Of a stretch of 64,000 bases of DNA, positions 27,839 through 36,718 are shown in pieces; the stretch's first letter is position 1; the number at the start of each line of letters is the position of its first letter. This DNA is from Patescibacteria group bacterium (lineage in GTDB: Bacteria; Patescibacteriota; Microgenomatia; UBA10105; UBA927). Below the pieces are notes generated by a model. The model searched no databases, had not been told where the DNA came from, and saw nothing but the letters and a program-made list of their open reading frames with translations. Location of the stretch: positions 27,814 to 91,813 of the forward strand of contig DATKGN010000010.1 of NCBI GenBank assembly GCA_035510735.1. Direction: 5' to 3'. The position numbers and the translations under genes were made by a program.

Positions 27839-28405
27839 TTATTGGATAATTTCGTCAATAGGAGGACCGACTACCATGGATTTTTTACTTCTCCCCAACC
27901 GCTTCCAGTTCGGATTGACGTGCCCCAGAATAAGGACATCTTCAAAAATATCGTACGCATAATGCGTGAGCATCGCACCAAACAGAATGACCCAAAAACG
28001 CGAATCATACATATACGCAATCACGCACCCGGTGAATAATAATGCAACAACATAATAGTTATGAAACGTAAGATTGGTATTATATTTATGTCCCCTTGCT
28101 ATGAATTTGACAAGAATCCGCCATTCCTTATTCTTCAAAAAGGTAAATATCGCTTTTGTGTACGGATCGCGTTTGCCGTAGGTTAACCAGTATACAAAAT
28201 GGTCAGCGTCAGGAAGAAGACTGCCGAATATCGCCGTCCAAATCCATTTAACATTAAACTCCTGCCACTGTTCGCGCATCACCCACGCCCACATGAGCCC
28301 GAGAAGAACATGATAAAACTCATGTCGTGCCTGCCAGAGAATAAAACCCATTCCGCGGATGCGGGCAACACTCCGTCTGAGACGTGTCGGTTTCTTCGCT
28401 TTCAT
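27839..28405 (-). CDS. membrane-bound metal-dependent hydrolase-like (YdjM/DUF457-like)
   Basis: Several TM helices and 'GSLLPDADHFVYWL'. Confidence 0.35.
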   Translation of the reverse strand: MKAKKPTRLRRSVARIRGMGFILWQARHEFYHVLLGLMWAWVMREQWQEFNVKWIWTAIFGSLLPDADHFVYWLTYGKRDPYTKAIFTFLKNKEWRILVKFIARGHKYNTNLTFHNYYVVALLFTGCVIAYMYDSRFWVILFGAMLTHYAYDIFEDVLILGHVNPNWKRLGRSKKSMVVGPPIDEIIQ

Positions 28406-29287
28406 TTAAATCTTCAAAGTCTTCAAGTACGCACGAAATTCACCGTTTACTTCTTTATGCGTGAGAGCAAATTCAACAACGGTCTTCAAATATTCAAGTT
28501 TATTGCCGGTATCATAATACTTTGCGTCCGCCACTTCACACGCGTAAATAGGCCGTGTCTTCATAAGTTCCTTTATAGCATCCGTAAGCCATATTTCACC
28601 GCTTCTCCCCGGTCGCACCTCTTCTAATATAGGGAAAATATCAGGGGTCAACACATAGCATCCGTGCGCTGCAAGATTTGACGGCGCTTCGTCCGGAGAC
28701 GGTTTCTCCAGCAATTTTTTTATCTGCCAGATATTTTTCTCGACATTGGTCGCTTCAACAATGCCGTAGCGGGAAACGTCTTCCTTTGGCACACGGACGG
28801 CGGAGATGACGGGATCACCGTATTTCTCAAAAACCCTGATGCATTGAAGGGCTCTCGGTGGCTTCGCATAGATAAATTCATCTCCCCAGATAGCGACAAA
28901 CGGTTCGTCCCCGATAACGTTTTTCGCACATAAAACCGGCGTTCCGTTACCGTACGGGCCCTTTTGGCGGATATAGATGAAATTAGCAAGCGATGCGGTC
29001 CGCTTCACCTCATCCAACAGATCATACTTGTTTTGCTGTTCAAGCGTTTTAATAAGCTCATACGGATAGTCAAAATGATCCTCAATCGCCCGTTTATGCC
29101 AACCGGTGACGATAACAATATCGGTAATCCCCGAGGCCACAAGCTCCTCAACGACATATTGAATAACGGGTTTATCGACGATGGGGAGCATCTCCTTAGG
29201 CATCGCTTTGGTCTGAGGCAAAAATCTGGTACCAAAACCGGCCGCCGGTATGACTGCTTTTCGGACTTTAGTGGTTCGTTTTACCAT
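28406..29287 (-). CDS. galU: UTP--glucose-1-phosphate uridylyltransferase
   Basis: 'AVIPAAGFGTRFLPQTKAMPKEMLPIVDKPVIQYVVEE' is the GalU signature. Confidence 0.85.
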   Translation of the reverse strand: MVKRTTKVRKAVIPAAGFGTRFLPQTKAMPKEMLPIVDKPVIQYVVEELVASGITDIVIVTGWHKRAIEDHFDYPYELIKTLEQQNKYDLLDEVKRTASLANFIYIRQKGPYGNGTPVLCAKNVIGDEPFVAIWGDEFIYAKPPRALQCIRVFEKYGDPVISAVRVPKEDVSRYGIVEATNVEKNIWQIKKLLEKPSPDEAPSNLAAHGCYVLTPDIFPILEEVRPGRSGEIWLTDAIKELMKTRPIYACEVADAKYYDTGNKLEYLKTVVEFALTHKEVNGEFRAYLKTLKI

Positions 29288-29333
29288 ATGAATTCAAGGC
29301 AGATGTCACAATTGTATTGCGCTTCCTTCCCTT

Positions 29334-31205
29334 TTGTCAATTTGTTATCATACAAATAGCATGAAGCGTTTTATCCTGTACCTCAGTGTTATCTTCGTTT
29401 TTAGTTCAATTGTCCTAGCGTTACCCCGACAACACGTCTACGCCGCGGCCTCTTCCTCCGACTATCCGATTCTCCAGGCTATTCTTGATTTTTTAGGCAT
29501 CCACCCAATTAAAAAGGTGCCACCGCAGGTTGCGGGTGAAGGATCGTGGAATTTCAAAGTAGACTTTGGCAGAGGCTCAGGTATAAGAGACGTTCTAACC
29601 GGCCAGCTCAAGGGGCAATCAAATTCGTGGCAGCATACGCTCCCGACGCTCGATAATATCCAAGAGGGATTAGAACTCAAAAATGGCTGTATTTCTCTCT
29701 TATCAAACACACTCCAGCAAAATGCAGTCCACTGGCCACCGGATCATCTAAGTCTTTTAAATAGTTCAACATTTTATCATATTACTGCAAACCATACGCT
29801 CCAATTTTATGATGAAAACGGCGGCTCTTGTCATCACCCGGATCAGGGGCGGCCGACACAGCTTGATGATCTCGGGTGGAATAATGTGTACCCGGCCTCA
29901 GAACTTTGCTGGGCGACGCTGTCAAATGGAACACTTTCGACAGATGATTTGAACTTCCCGGTTTCACTTCCCGACGAAAAAGTATCACTCGAGAATGGGT
30001 TCTGCAACCAACAGGATAAAGGCCAACCGATCAAGGTCCTCCCATGGGGCGATACAAGTGATGAATATTATACCGGTATTGACGCGACGCAATTCACAGA
30101 CACCCATTTTTTCTCTGCTCAGGAAATAGCTGATGCGAAAGCATGTGTTTCTCATGTACGAAACCATAGAATTGACGGTAATCCCTGCCAGCCTCTTGTT
30201 GCCGGCGTCGGCGCCAATATCGTACTTTCGACGAATAATCCGGGAGCTGCAAATGTAGCGCTCTGGACGGGAAAAGGACCAAACGGCGAAAAAGAGGGTT
30301 TTACCTATACGCTCATTCCCAGCATGTTTAATCTGTCCAACGAACACGGAATTTTCGAAGGCTTTTTACAGTTAAACGCATCAGCCCTGTCGCAGGCCGG
30401 AGCAAAATTTAATGGTGAAATTGATATCCCGAAGGCAGTCTATGCATACGAATTCGGCAGAAGACAGCACATCCAGGCATTTAACTGCGCCCTCACTCCC
30501 CAGTCAGAAATCGCGAGATCCGGACAAACGTGCCAATTTCCGATAACTCCCGTAAGTACCGGAGTACCCGTGCCGTCCGGAACTATTACCAGTTCCGCCG
30601 GTCTGCCCCCGACAAGACCTCCAAATCTCTGCACAGATCCTTCGGCTTCAGGCGGGCTCATCAGCAATGATGCCATTAAAAGTGCGATAACGCAGGCTAC
30701 AGCGGGTAAAATTCCGTCCTGCGTTCTTGACGGCGTCGCGCAAAACGAGGGCGCATATGATGGAACATATTTAGTTAACGGCAAGTGCTCTCCTAATGAA
30801 TGCGGAGCGACAGGGCCCTTCCAGATCACGATTGGCCACACATATTCGACACAGCGCGTATGCGCACAGGACACTTCGTGTAATGCCTGCAGTACCCTCG
30901 CGGATAAATCTTCCTGTCCGGATGCAATAAAGGCGTACGGCTTACCGTCTAATACCAATCCGTGTGACCCGGTATCCGCGGCTAATGCTGCGGTTTCACT
31001 CCTCATTGATAAATCGTTTAATCAGTTAAATAATGGCGATTATGCAAGCCAGCAGGCTGCGATCATCACGGCCGGAAATGGGTATTACGGAACCTCAGAT
31101 CCTCAGGATCGTTTCGGCGGATGCAGCTACGGAGAACAAGTCTACAAAAACTGTGACGCGTCGTATGTGTGCCAGAGCCAGGCTCAACCGACTCCGACGC
31201 CGTAA
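29334..31205 (+). CDS. secreted Cys-rich protein with C-terminal lysozyme-like/SLT-like region
   Basis: Signal/TM, many Cys. C-terminal 'GVAQNEGAYDG...NECGATGPFQI...ITAGNGYYG' loosely matches the lytic transglycosylase 'AQQES...GAxGLMQ...AYNAG' blocks. Confidence 0.4.
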   Translation: MSICYHTNSMKRFILYLSVIFVFSSIVLALPRQHVYAAASSSDYPILQAILDFLGIHPIKKVPPQVAGEGSWNFKVDFGRGSGIRDVLTGQLKGQSNSWQHTLPTLDNIQEGLELKNGCISLLSNTLQQNAVHWPPDHLSLLNSSTFYHITANHTLQFYDENGGSCHHPDQGRPTQLDDLGWNNVYPASELCWATLSNGTLSTDDLNFPVSLPDEKVSLENGFCNQQDKGQPIKVLPWGDTSDEYYTGIDATQFTDTHFFSAQEIADAKACVSHVRNHRIDGNPCQPLVAGVGANIVLSTNNPGAANVALWTGKGPNGEKEGFTYTLIPSMFNLSNEHGIFEGFLQLNASALSQAGAKFNGEIDIPKAVYAYEFGRRQHIQAFNCALTPQSEIARSGQTCQFPITPVSTGVPVPSGTITSSAGLPPTRPPNLCTDPSASGGLISNDAIKSAITQATAGKIPSCVLDGVAQNEGAYDGTYLVNGKCSPNECGATGPFQITIGHTYSTQRVCAQDTSCNACSTLADKSSCPDAIKAYGLPSNTNPCDPVSAANAAVSLLIDKSFNQLNNGDYASQQAAIITAGNGYYGTSDPQDRFGGCSYGEQVYKNCDASYVCQSQAQPTPTP

Positions 31206-31254
31206 TAGTTCGCCCGCCCCTCTTTACAAAAGCCCCATCATGCGCTACACTATG

Positions 31255-31282
31255 CGGGAACCCCTGGGAGGGGGTTTTTGTT
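31255..31282 (+). terminator. rho-independent terminator
   Basis: 'gggaacccctgggagggggtttttgtt'. Confidence 0.5.
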
Positions 31283-31361
31283 AGCCTTTCTTTCCACTCA
31301 GGTGGATTAGAAAGACTTACATCCGCCGACTTGTCCGCCGTAGCTTTAGCGAAGGTGGAAG

Positions 31362-31394
31362 CATTGGCGAAGAAGAAGCGGTGAGATATAATGA
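31362..31394 (+). promoter_or_regulatory. candidate promoter for secE-nusG
   Basis: 'TTGGCG' - 17 nt - 'TATAAT', then a GAGG SD before ATG 31403. Confidence 0.3.
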
Positions 31395-31402
31395 GGTATT
31401 GT

Positions 31403-31618
31403 ATGGATAAACCAAATACGCCATCGATCCCAAATGTATCACCGGTCAGATTCTTAAATGAAGTAGTCGCTGAACTTAAGCGCGTCACCTGGCCGACACG
31501 CGAAGAGTTAATCAAGCTCACGACAGTCGTGATCGCGATTTCAATTCTCGTCGGTGCATTCATCGGCGGATTGGACGCACTTCTCGTTCAAGTACAAAAA
31601 ATAGTCTTTACACGATAA
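31403..31618 (+). CDS. secE: preprotein translocase subunit SecE
   Basis: 'FLNEVVAELKRVTWPTREELIKLTTVVIAISILVGAFIGGLD' is the SecE pattern. Immediately precedes nusG. Confidence 0.75.
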   Translation: MDKPNTPSIPNVSPVRFLNEVVAELKRVTWPTREELIKLTTVVIAISILVGAFIGGLDALLVQVQKIVFTR

Positions 31619-31620
31619 CT

Positions 31621-32244
31621 ATGGCAGACCAAACAACAGTTCAGGAAGAAAAGAAAACAGAAGTAGCTCACCCTGCGGCCCCACCGATTATTGAGGAAGC
31701 TAAACCGCGCGTCGCCCCCGCCAATGCAAAATGGTACGTTGTGCACACATATTCAGGCCATGAAAACAAAGTCTCCACAAATTTGAAGCAGCGCATTGAA
31801 ACGATGAAATTGGCTGATAAAATCTTTGATATCGTCGTACCAACCCGTAATATCGTGACAGTGAAGCACGGTAAAAAGGAAGAACAGAAGGAAAAGATCT
31901 TCCCGGGGTACATTCTCGTCAAAATGGTGCTTGATGACGAATCCTGGCTCGCTGTGCGGACTACACAAGGCGTAACGGCATTCGTAGGCGCCGGCAATAA
32001 ACCAACACCAATCTCAGAATCCGAGGTAGCCACAATCCTGAAGTTCATGCAGATGGAAGCGCCGAAATACAAAACGTCCTTCTCTATGGGTGAAGCGGTG
32101 AAAATTGTTGACGGGCCGTTTGCCGACTTTTTGGGTACGATTGACGCAATTGATGAAGAAAAAGGCAAAGTGAAGGTGTTGGTCTCAATATTCGGCCGCG
32201 AAACGCCGGTTGAGCTAGATTTCTTACAAGTATCAAAATTATAG
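31621..32244 (+). CDS. nusG: transcription termination/antitermination factor NusG
   Basis: NGN domain 'KWYVVHTYSGHENKV' and KOW 'GEAVKIVDGPFADFLGTIDAID'. Confidence 0.9.
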   Translation: MADQTTVQEEKKTEVAHPAAPPIIEEAKPRVAPANAKWYVVHTYSGHENKVSTNLKQRIETMKLADKIFDIVVPTRNIVTVKHGKKEEQKEKIFPGYILVKMVLDDESWLAVRTTQGVTAFVGAGNKPTPISESEVATILKFMQMEAPKYKTSFSMGEAVKIVDGPFADFLGTIDAIDEEKGKVKVLVSIFGRETPVELDFLQVSKL

Positions 32245-32264
32245 ACTTATCTAGCGAAATCCAG

Positions 32265-32391
32265 AGCGAAGCGTCGGATTGAGCTAGACTTCCTTCAAGT
32301 TAGTAAATTATAAATCTTCTCCAGCGAGATCCCGATGAGCGAAGCGATATCGGGATACGAACTCGACTTCCTCCAAGTTTCAAAACTTTAA
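32265..32391 (+). repeat. two re-coded tandem copies of the nusG 3' end (last 10 codons + stop), each with an adjacent hairpin
   Basis: 'gagctagacttccttcaagttagtaaattataa' (32281-32313) and 'gaactcgacttcctccaagtttcaaaactttaa' (32359-32391) both encode ELDFLQVSKL-stop, the same as the nusG C-terminus, with different codons. Hairpin 'atcccgat-gagcgaagcgat-atcgggat' lies at 32329-32356. Confidence 0.75.
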
Positions 32392-32457
32392 TCTTTTCTC
32401 GGTTGACCTCCACGAAAAGGAACACCCGTATAACGTTACTTCCGGAATCAGATGAAA

Positions 32458-33759
32458 CTATAGCGATTTATAGTAGACGTACGCGCCGAATCCTACGGCC
32501 ACAAGGACCATGATAAGGATGATCCATCCCCATCCGAAGCCGCCTTTGGCGGACGCGATGACAGTGAATGATTGCTTCACCTGACCCTGACCGTCCGCGA
32601 GCTTTGCGACAACAAGAAGATCTTTTTTACCTGCTGTTAATGGTTTTGTCGGCCTCCACGTCCATTTTCCTGCTGAGTCTGCGATAACCTCACCGTTCAC
32701 GCCATCCGGTAATATGGATATATCGATCGTGGCGCCGGGCTCGCTAATGCCGGAGATAGTCGGTGTATCGTTCGTCTCACCTTTACCATTCGTGAATGTC
32801 GACACAGACAACACGATCGTGCGCCCTGAGACAATGGGAGTCGGCTCAGCTACGGAGGGCACAACCGTCAAATTACCGCCGGTTGAGCTGTTGCCGCAGA
32901 TACAGGACGATTCCCCGGAACAGAATGCGCTACGGCATACTTTACCTCCGGTTAATTGAGTCACACAAACAAGTCCACCCGGACAATCCAAATTATCGAC
33001 ACACGTTTGCCCGCAGGCGCTCAATATATAGAACGTCGGCGTGGGCGTCATGGTCGGCGTATCCGTCGGCGTATTGTAGTTGTAATAATATGTGGTCGGC
33101 GTATTGTAGTAATACGTTACCGGTGTATCAGTCGGCGCACAGGAACAACTGGTGTCGCTAAGACAATTCGAATTTCTACAACTTCCTGACGATCCAACGA
33201 TTCCGCTTGAAGAATAACAGACATAGCCGTTCTGGCAATTCGTCGGCGGATTAGTTGAGGGATTGCAGGTCGAATTACATCCGACCGTTACCGGAGTCGG
33301 TGTACTCGTCGGCGTATCAGTGTTGGGTGGATTGGTAGTCGTCGGATTTGTTGTCGGGTTTGTCGTTGTTGCCGGCGCCACGCACGGACCGGAATACGTA
33401 TTTCCTGCACAAGCGCTCATGTCTGTCGTCCAGTGCGCTCCAAATCCCGGACAGCAATATTGCGCGCCACCGCAAAGCCCCACACGACCTGCTCCGTTAC
33501 ACAGTTGTATATCCCCATCCGGCTCTGCGGGACAGTTCGTGAAATTCGTAATCTGCCACATGCTGCCGTTTTGACACTGATTGCAGCTGGCGGGATTACA
33601 CTTTGAGGCTAAATCACGAATTTCAGTCGTATGGGATGAAGCAGCGACAAGTACAATAAGTCCGATTAATAATGAAAACAGAAGGAGAACAGGTCCCCAA
33701 TTAAACCAAATGCCGGTTCGGCGGATACTTCTATTATGTCGTCTTTTTGCCATAATCAC
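32458..33759 (-). CDS. Pro/Thr- and Cys-rich surface protein with N-terminal signal/TM and C-terminal TM anchor
   Basis: 'TTNPTTNPTTTNPPNTDTPTSTPTP' linkers, 'NTPTTYYYNYNTPT' repeats, C-terminal 'GWGWIILIMVLVAVGFGAYVYY'. Confidence 0.5.
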   Translation of the reverse strand: MIMAKRRHNRSIRRTGIWFNWGPVLLLFSLLIGLIVLVAASSHTTEIRDLASKCNPASCNQCQNGSMWQITNFTNCPAEPDGDIQLCNGAGRVGLCGGAQYCCPGFGAHWTTDMSACAGNTYSGPCVAPATTTNPTTNPTTTNPPNTDTPTSTPTPVTVGCNSTCNPSTNPPTNCQNGYVCYSSSGIVGSSGSCRNSNCLSDTSCSCAPTDTPVTYYYNTPTTYYYNYNTPTDTPTMTPTPTFYILSACGQTCVDNLDCPGGLVCVTQLTGGKVCRSAFCSGESSCICGNSSTGGNLTVVPSVAEPTPIVSGRTIVLSVSTFTNGKGETNDTPTISGISEPGATIDISILPDGVNGEVIADSAGKWTWRPTKPLTAGKKDLLVVAKLADGQGQVKQSFTVIASAKGGFGWGWIILIMVLVAVGFGAYVYYKSL

Positions 33760-33970
33760 CTTCTATGATCACGCATATTTCATCCTTTTGCAAGGGCGTA
33801 TTTGCCTCACTCTTGCCAATAGCGGCATTGTTATGATATAGTTCAACTTACTTCGTCCGTCGGAAGACTCATGAAGGAGAAACCGGGATTTTGTTTGGGT
33901 TTCGATCGTAAAGTAAGACTGACTTCAAAAGCATCTTCTTTCTTTCGCACCACTCCCCGATTTTTAGTCA

Positions 33971-34052
33971 AGAGCTTAGAGCATTAGAGTGTAGAGCTTA
34001 GTATTTCTAAACTCTAAACCTAAACTCTAATGCCCTAATTTACTAAACCCTA
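33971..34052. repeat. TAGAG/CTCTA palindromic element (copy 5)
   Basis: 'agagcttagagcattagagtgtagagcttag...ctaaactctaaacctaaactctaatgccctaatttactaaaccctaact'. Confidence 0.6.
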
Positions 34053-34056
34053 ACTT

Positions 34057-34485
34057 ATGGTCGCAAAAAAAATCAAAACAATTATCAAGTTAAACCTCAA
34101 AGCCGGTGAAGCGACGGCAGCCCCTCCGGTCGGACCCGCGCTGGGACAGCACGGACTTCCGATCATGGAATTCGTCAAAGCCTACAATGAAAAGACGTCA
34201 AAACTCAAGGGTCAGATTATCCCTGCCGTCATTACCGTCTTCGTGGACCGGACGTTTACCTTTATCACCAAGCTTCCGCCGGTATCCGCAATGATCAAAA
34301 AGACACTGGGAATTGACAAGGGTGGCGGTAAAGCAGGCCGCGAAATTGCCGGAAAACTCACCAAAGAACAGGTAAAGCAAATTGCAACAGATAAATTACC
34401 GGACATGAATGCAAATACCGTTGAAGCCGCTATAAAAGTGGTTATGGGGACAGCGAGAAGTATGGGGATTGAGGTTGAAAGTTGA
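34057..34485 (+). CDS. rplK: 50S ribosomal protein L11
   Basis: 'KLNLKAGEATAAPPVGPALGQHGLPIMEFVKAYNEKT'. Confidence 0.9.
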   Translation: MVAKKIKTIIKLNLKAGEATAAPPVGPALGQHGLPIMEFVKAYNEKTSKLKGQIIPAVITVFVDRTFTFITKLPPVSAMIKKTLGIDKGGGKAGREIAGKLTKEQVKQIATDKLPDMNANTVEAAIKVVMGTARSMGIEVES

Positions 34486-34487
34486 TA

Positions 34488-34560
34488 GAGCTTAGAGCAT
34501 TAGGGCATTAGAGATTAGAAAAACTAAACTCTAAGTTCTAAATACTAAACTCTAATTTAT
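34488..34560. repeat. TAGAG/CTCTA palindromic element (copy 6)
   Basis: 'gagcttagagcattagggcattagagattagaaaaactaaactctaagttctaaatactaaactctaatttatt'. Confidence 0.6.
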
Positions 34561-34561
34561 T

Positions 34562-35419
34562 ATGGGCAAAATCAGAGTCGCCAAATTAGGCGACGAATCA
34601 CAGGAAAAAGAACAAAAACGACGTGCAGACGCACGGCGCCAAACGAAGGATTCCAAAAAATCCAAAGTAGAGGGCGTCCATCTCCATGGCGGTGAACGGG
34701 TCGCAGTCGTTGAGGGAACCGAAATCAGACCGGAGTTTAAAAAGCTTATTGAAGAAGTTGAAGGCACCGATACCGCTAAAGACGGGAAAAAAGCGAAAAA
34801 AGAACATAAAGCGCGGGTTCGCTCAAAGCGGTATGTTGAAAAAGCCTCGCTCATTGAAAAAAATAAATTGTATCCCCTTGGCGACGCCGTATCACTCGTC
34901 AAACAAACAAGCCTTACGAAGTTCGACGGCACGGTAGAGATGCATATCAATTTAAATTCGCAAATGTTAGGAGAAAAGAAAGATTTCCGCGGATCAGTCT
35001 CGCTTCCTCATGGCACGGGCCGCGAGGTCCGGGTCGTCATCGCCGATGATGCAGTAATAGCCGCCGTCACGGATGGAAAAATTGATTTTGATATTCTGGT
35101 TGCCCACCCCAGCATGATGCCAAAGCTCGCTAAAATAGCTAGAGTGTTAGGGCCCAAAGGGCTTATGCCCAATCCCAAAAACGGCACGGTATCTCCTGAT
35201 CCTGAAAAACGCGCAAAAGAGCTCTCTCACGGGCAGGTGAACTTTAAAACTGAACCGGATCAGCCGCTTATTCACTTATCCGTCGGCAAAGTATCGTTTG
35301 ATGACACGAAGCTCGTCGAAAACATTGAAGCGGTTGTCCGCGCCGTCGGCGCCAATAAAATCTCGCGTGCCACCCTCACCGCCACCATGGGCCCGGGTGT
35401 TAAAATCGCACTTTCGTAA
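34562..35419 (+). CDS. rplA: 50S ribosomal protein L1 with ~85-aa Lys/Glu-rich N-terminal extension
   Basis: Core 'LYPLGDAVSLVKQTSLTKFDGTVEMHINLN...GSVSLPHGTG' is L1. It is preceded by 'MGKIRVAKLGDESQEKEQKRRADARRQTKDSKKSK...KKAKKEHKARVRSKR'. Confidence 0.85.
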   Translation: MGKIRVAKLGDESQEKEQKRRADARRQTKDSKKSKVEGVHLHGGERVAVVEGTEIRPEFKKLIEEVEGTDTAKDGKKAKKEHKARVRSKRYVEKASLIEKNKLYPLGDAVSLVKQTSLTKFDGTVEMHINLNSQMLGEKKDFRGSVSLPHGTGREVRVVIADDAVIAAVTDGKIDFDILVAHPSMMPKLAKIARVLGPKGLMPNPKNGTVSPDPEKRAKELSHGQVNFKTEPDQPLIHLSVGKVSFDDTKLVENIEAVVRAVGANKISRATLTATMGPGVKIALS

Positions 35420-35468
35420 AACTCAACTTGCTATAGCAGCCTAAACCCCGTATAGTACGCTCCTATCT

Positions 35469-35888
35469 ATGGGCAATCCGCGGACAAACGGACAATTAAA
35501 GCGTGAGGAAACCGAAAACGCACTTATGACCATCATTGAGTGGCTAGCTGACCAAAACGAAGAGAAGTTCAGACCACGGACGCTTGAGGGTATATATTTC
35601 AAAGATCTAAAAGGAAGATCTCATCTCATATCATGGGCTAGATTTTCTGTAGAAAATCTAGAACTTCTACACAAGAGGCTTACGAGTGAATTGCGTGACG
35701 AACAGACGACCGGAGAAGATCGATTTACGTTTGGCACTATACGCAACTCACATGAAGATGTCCTCGGTTTAGCCTTTGCTCGTCCAAGCATCGCCCGGGA
35801 ATACGGTGCAAACAGCAAACTTCTCGATCATATGATCGCCGCAGAGGGAAATGTCACTCTCAAAGCCAGCTGTTCTAAGGAAACATAA
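35469..35888 (+). CDS. hypothetical protein (inserted between rplA and rplJ)
   Basis: 139-aa ORF, no recognisable domain. Confidence 0.4.
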   Translation: MGNPRTNGQLKREETENALMTIIEWLADQNEEKFRPRTLEGIYFKDLKGRSHLISWARFSVENLELLHKRLTSELRDEQTTGEDRFTFGTIRNSHEDVLGLAFARPSIAREYGANSKLLDHMIAAEGNVTLKASCSKET

Positions 35889-35955
35889 CAAATTGACCTT
35901 CCCCAATCTCTCCGCACTTGTCCCCCATCTTATAATTGACTATAGTGAATATAGT

Positions 35956-36519
35956 ATGATTGATACGCGCATCGTGCAGTCCCTCAAAGACTCAGCAAGC
36001 GTATTTGTGACTGAGTGCGTCAATAACCCCCAAAAGTGCGGACTCTCGCGGAGTGAAAAGAATTGGATGGAGGAATTAAGTAAAGTCTACCTCTGTGCCG
36101 AGCTTCACGTCGACCTCCCTGCCCATCCAACCCGCGAATTCCTGGAAAAAATCAGGAAAATGACGGAATTCGGCCACGACAGCGCCGTTACGACGCGTAT
36201 GATTCTCTACAGCGCCAATATCGCCTGCGAGAAGGATTTTGCTACCAACACTCCCGCCTATTTAGCCACGCTCGAGCACCACCAGGAGCACTGGAGCCAG
36301 AAACATGTTGAATCCCAGCATGCATATATACAAAAACGGTCGATAGAGGATTTCATGCAGGCGTATTTTGATACACCGGAATCAATATCAGAGCCCGAAC
36401 TCACGTTCTACCTCACTCTCTACTTTAAGCATTTTTATCGACTCCTCTACCAGTTTATGCTATTCTATACGCAGTCGCAGTCACCTGTTTACTATGGCAG
36501 AGGAAACCCAAAATCCTGA
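35956..36519 (+). CDS. hypothetical protein
   Basis: Track ORF 35851-36519. An internal ATG at 35956 (MIDTRIVQSL) avoids overlap with the upstream gene. Confidence 0.35.
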   Translation: MIDTRIVQSLKDSASVFVTECVNNPQKCGLSRSEKNWMEELSKVYLCAELHVDLPAHPTREFLEKIRKMTEFGHDSAVTTRMILYSANIACEKDFATNTPAYLATLEHHQEHWSQKHVESQHAYIQKRSIEDFMQAYFDTPESISEPELTFYLTLYFKHFYRLLYQFMLFYTQSQSPVYYGRGNPKS

Positions 36520-36655
36520 CAACGACGAAGCAAGGTTTGATAAATCCCGCAATATGACGGCCGTGCTTGAGCGCGCTCTGGAGGGAGCTGGGAAAATCGG
36601 CGCCAAACTCATAGACGCCGCAGGCGAAATCTTCAGCATGATTTTTAAACGGTAG
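36494..36655 (+). CDS. small hypothetical protein
   Basis: 'MAEETQNPDNDEARFDKSRNMTAVLERALEGAGKIGAKLIDAAGEIFSMIFKR'. Weak. Confidence 0.25.
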   Translation: MAEETQNPDNDEARFDKSRNMTAVLERALEGAGKIGAKLIDAAGEIFSMIFKR

Positions 36656-36718
36656 AGTCCCCTTTCTTGCATTTTCCAACCCTCCTTGTTATAAAGCCAC
36701 TAACTACCCGAACGTGAT

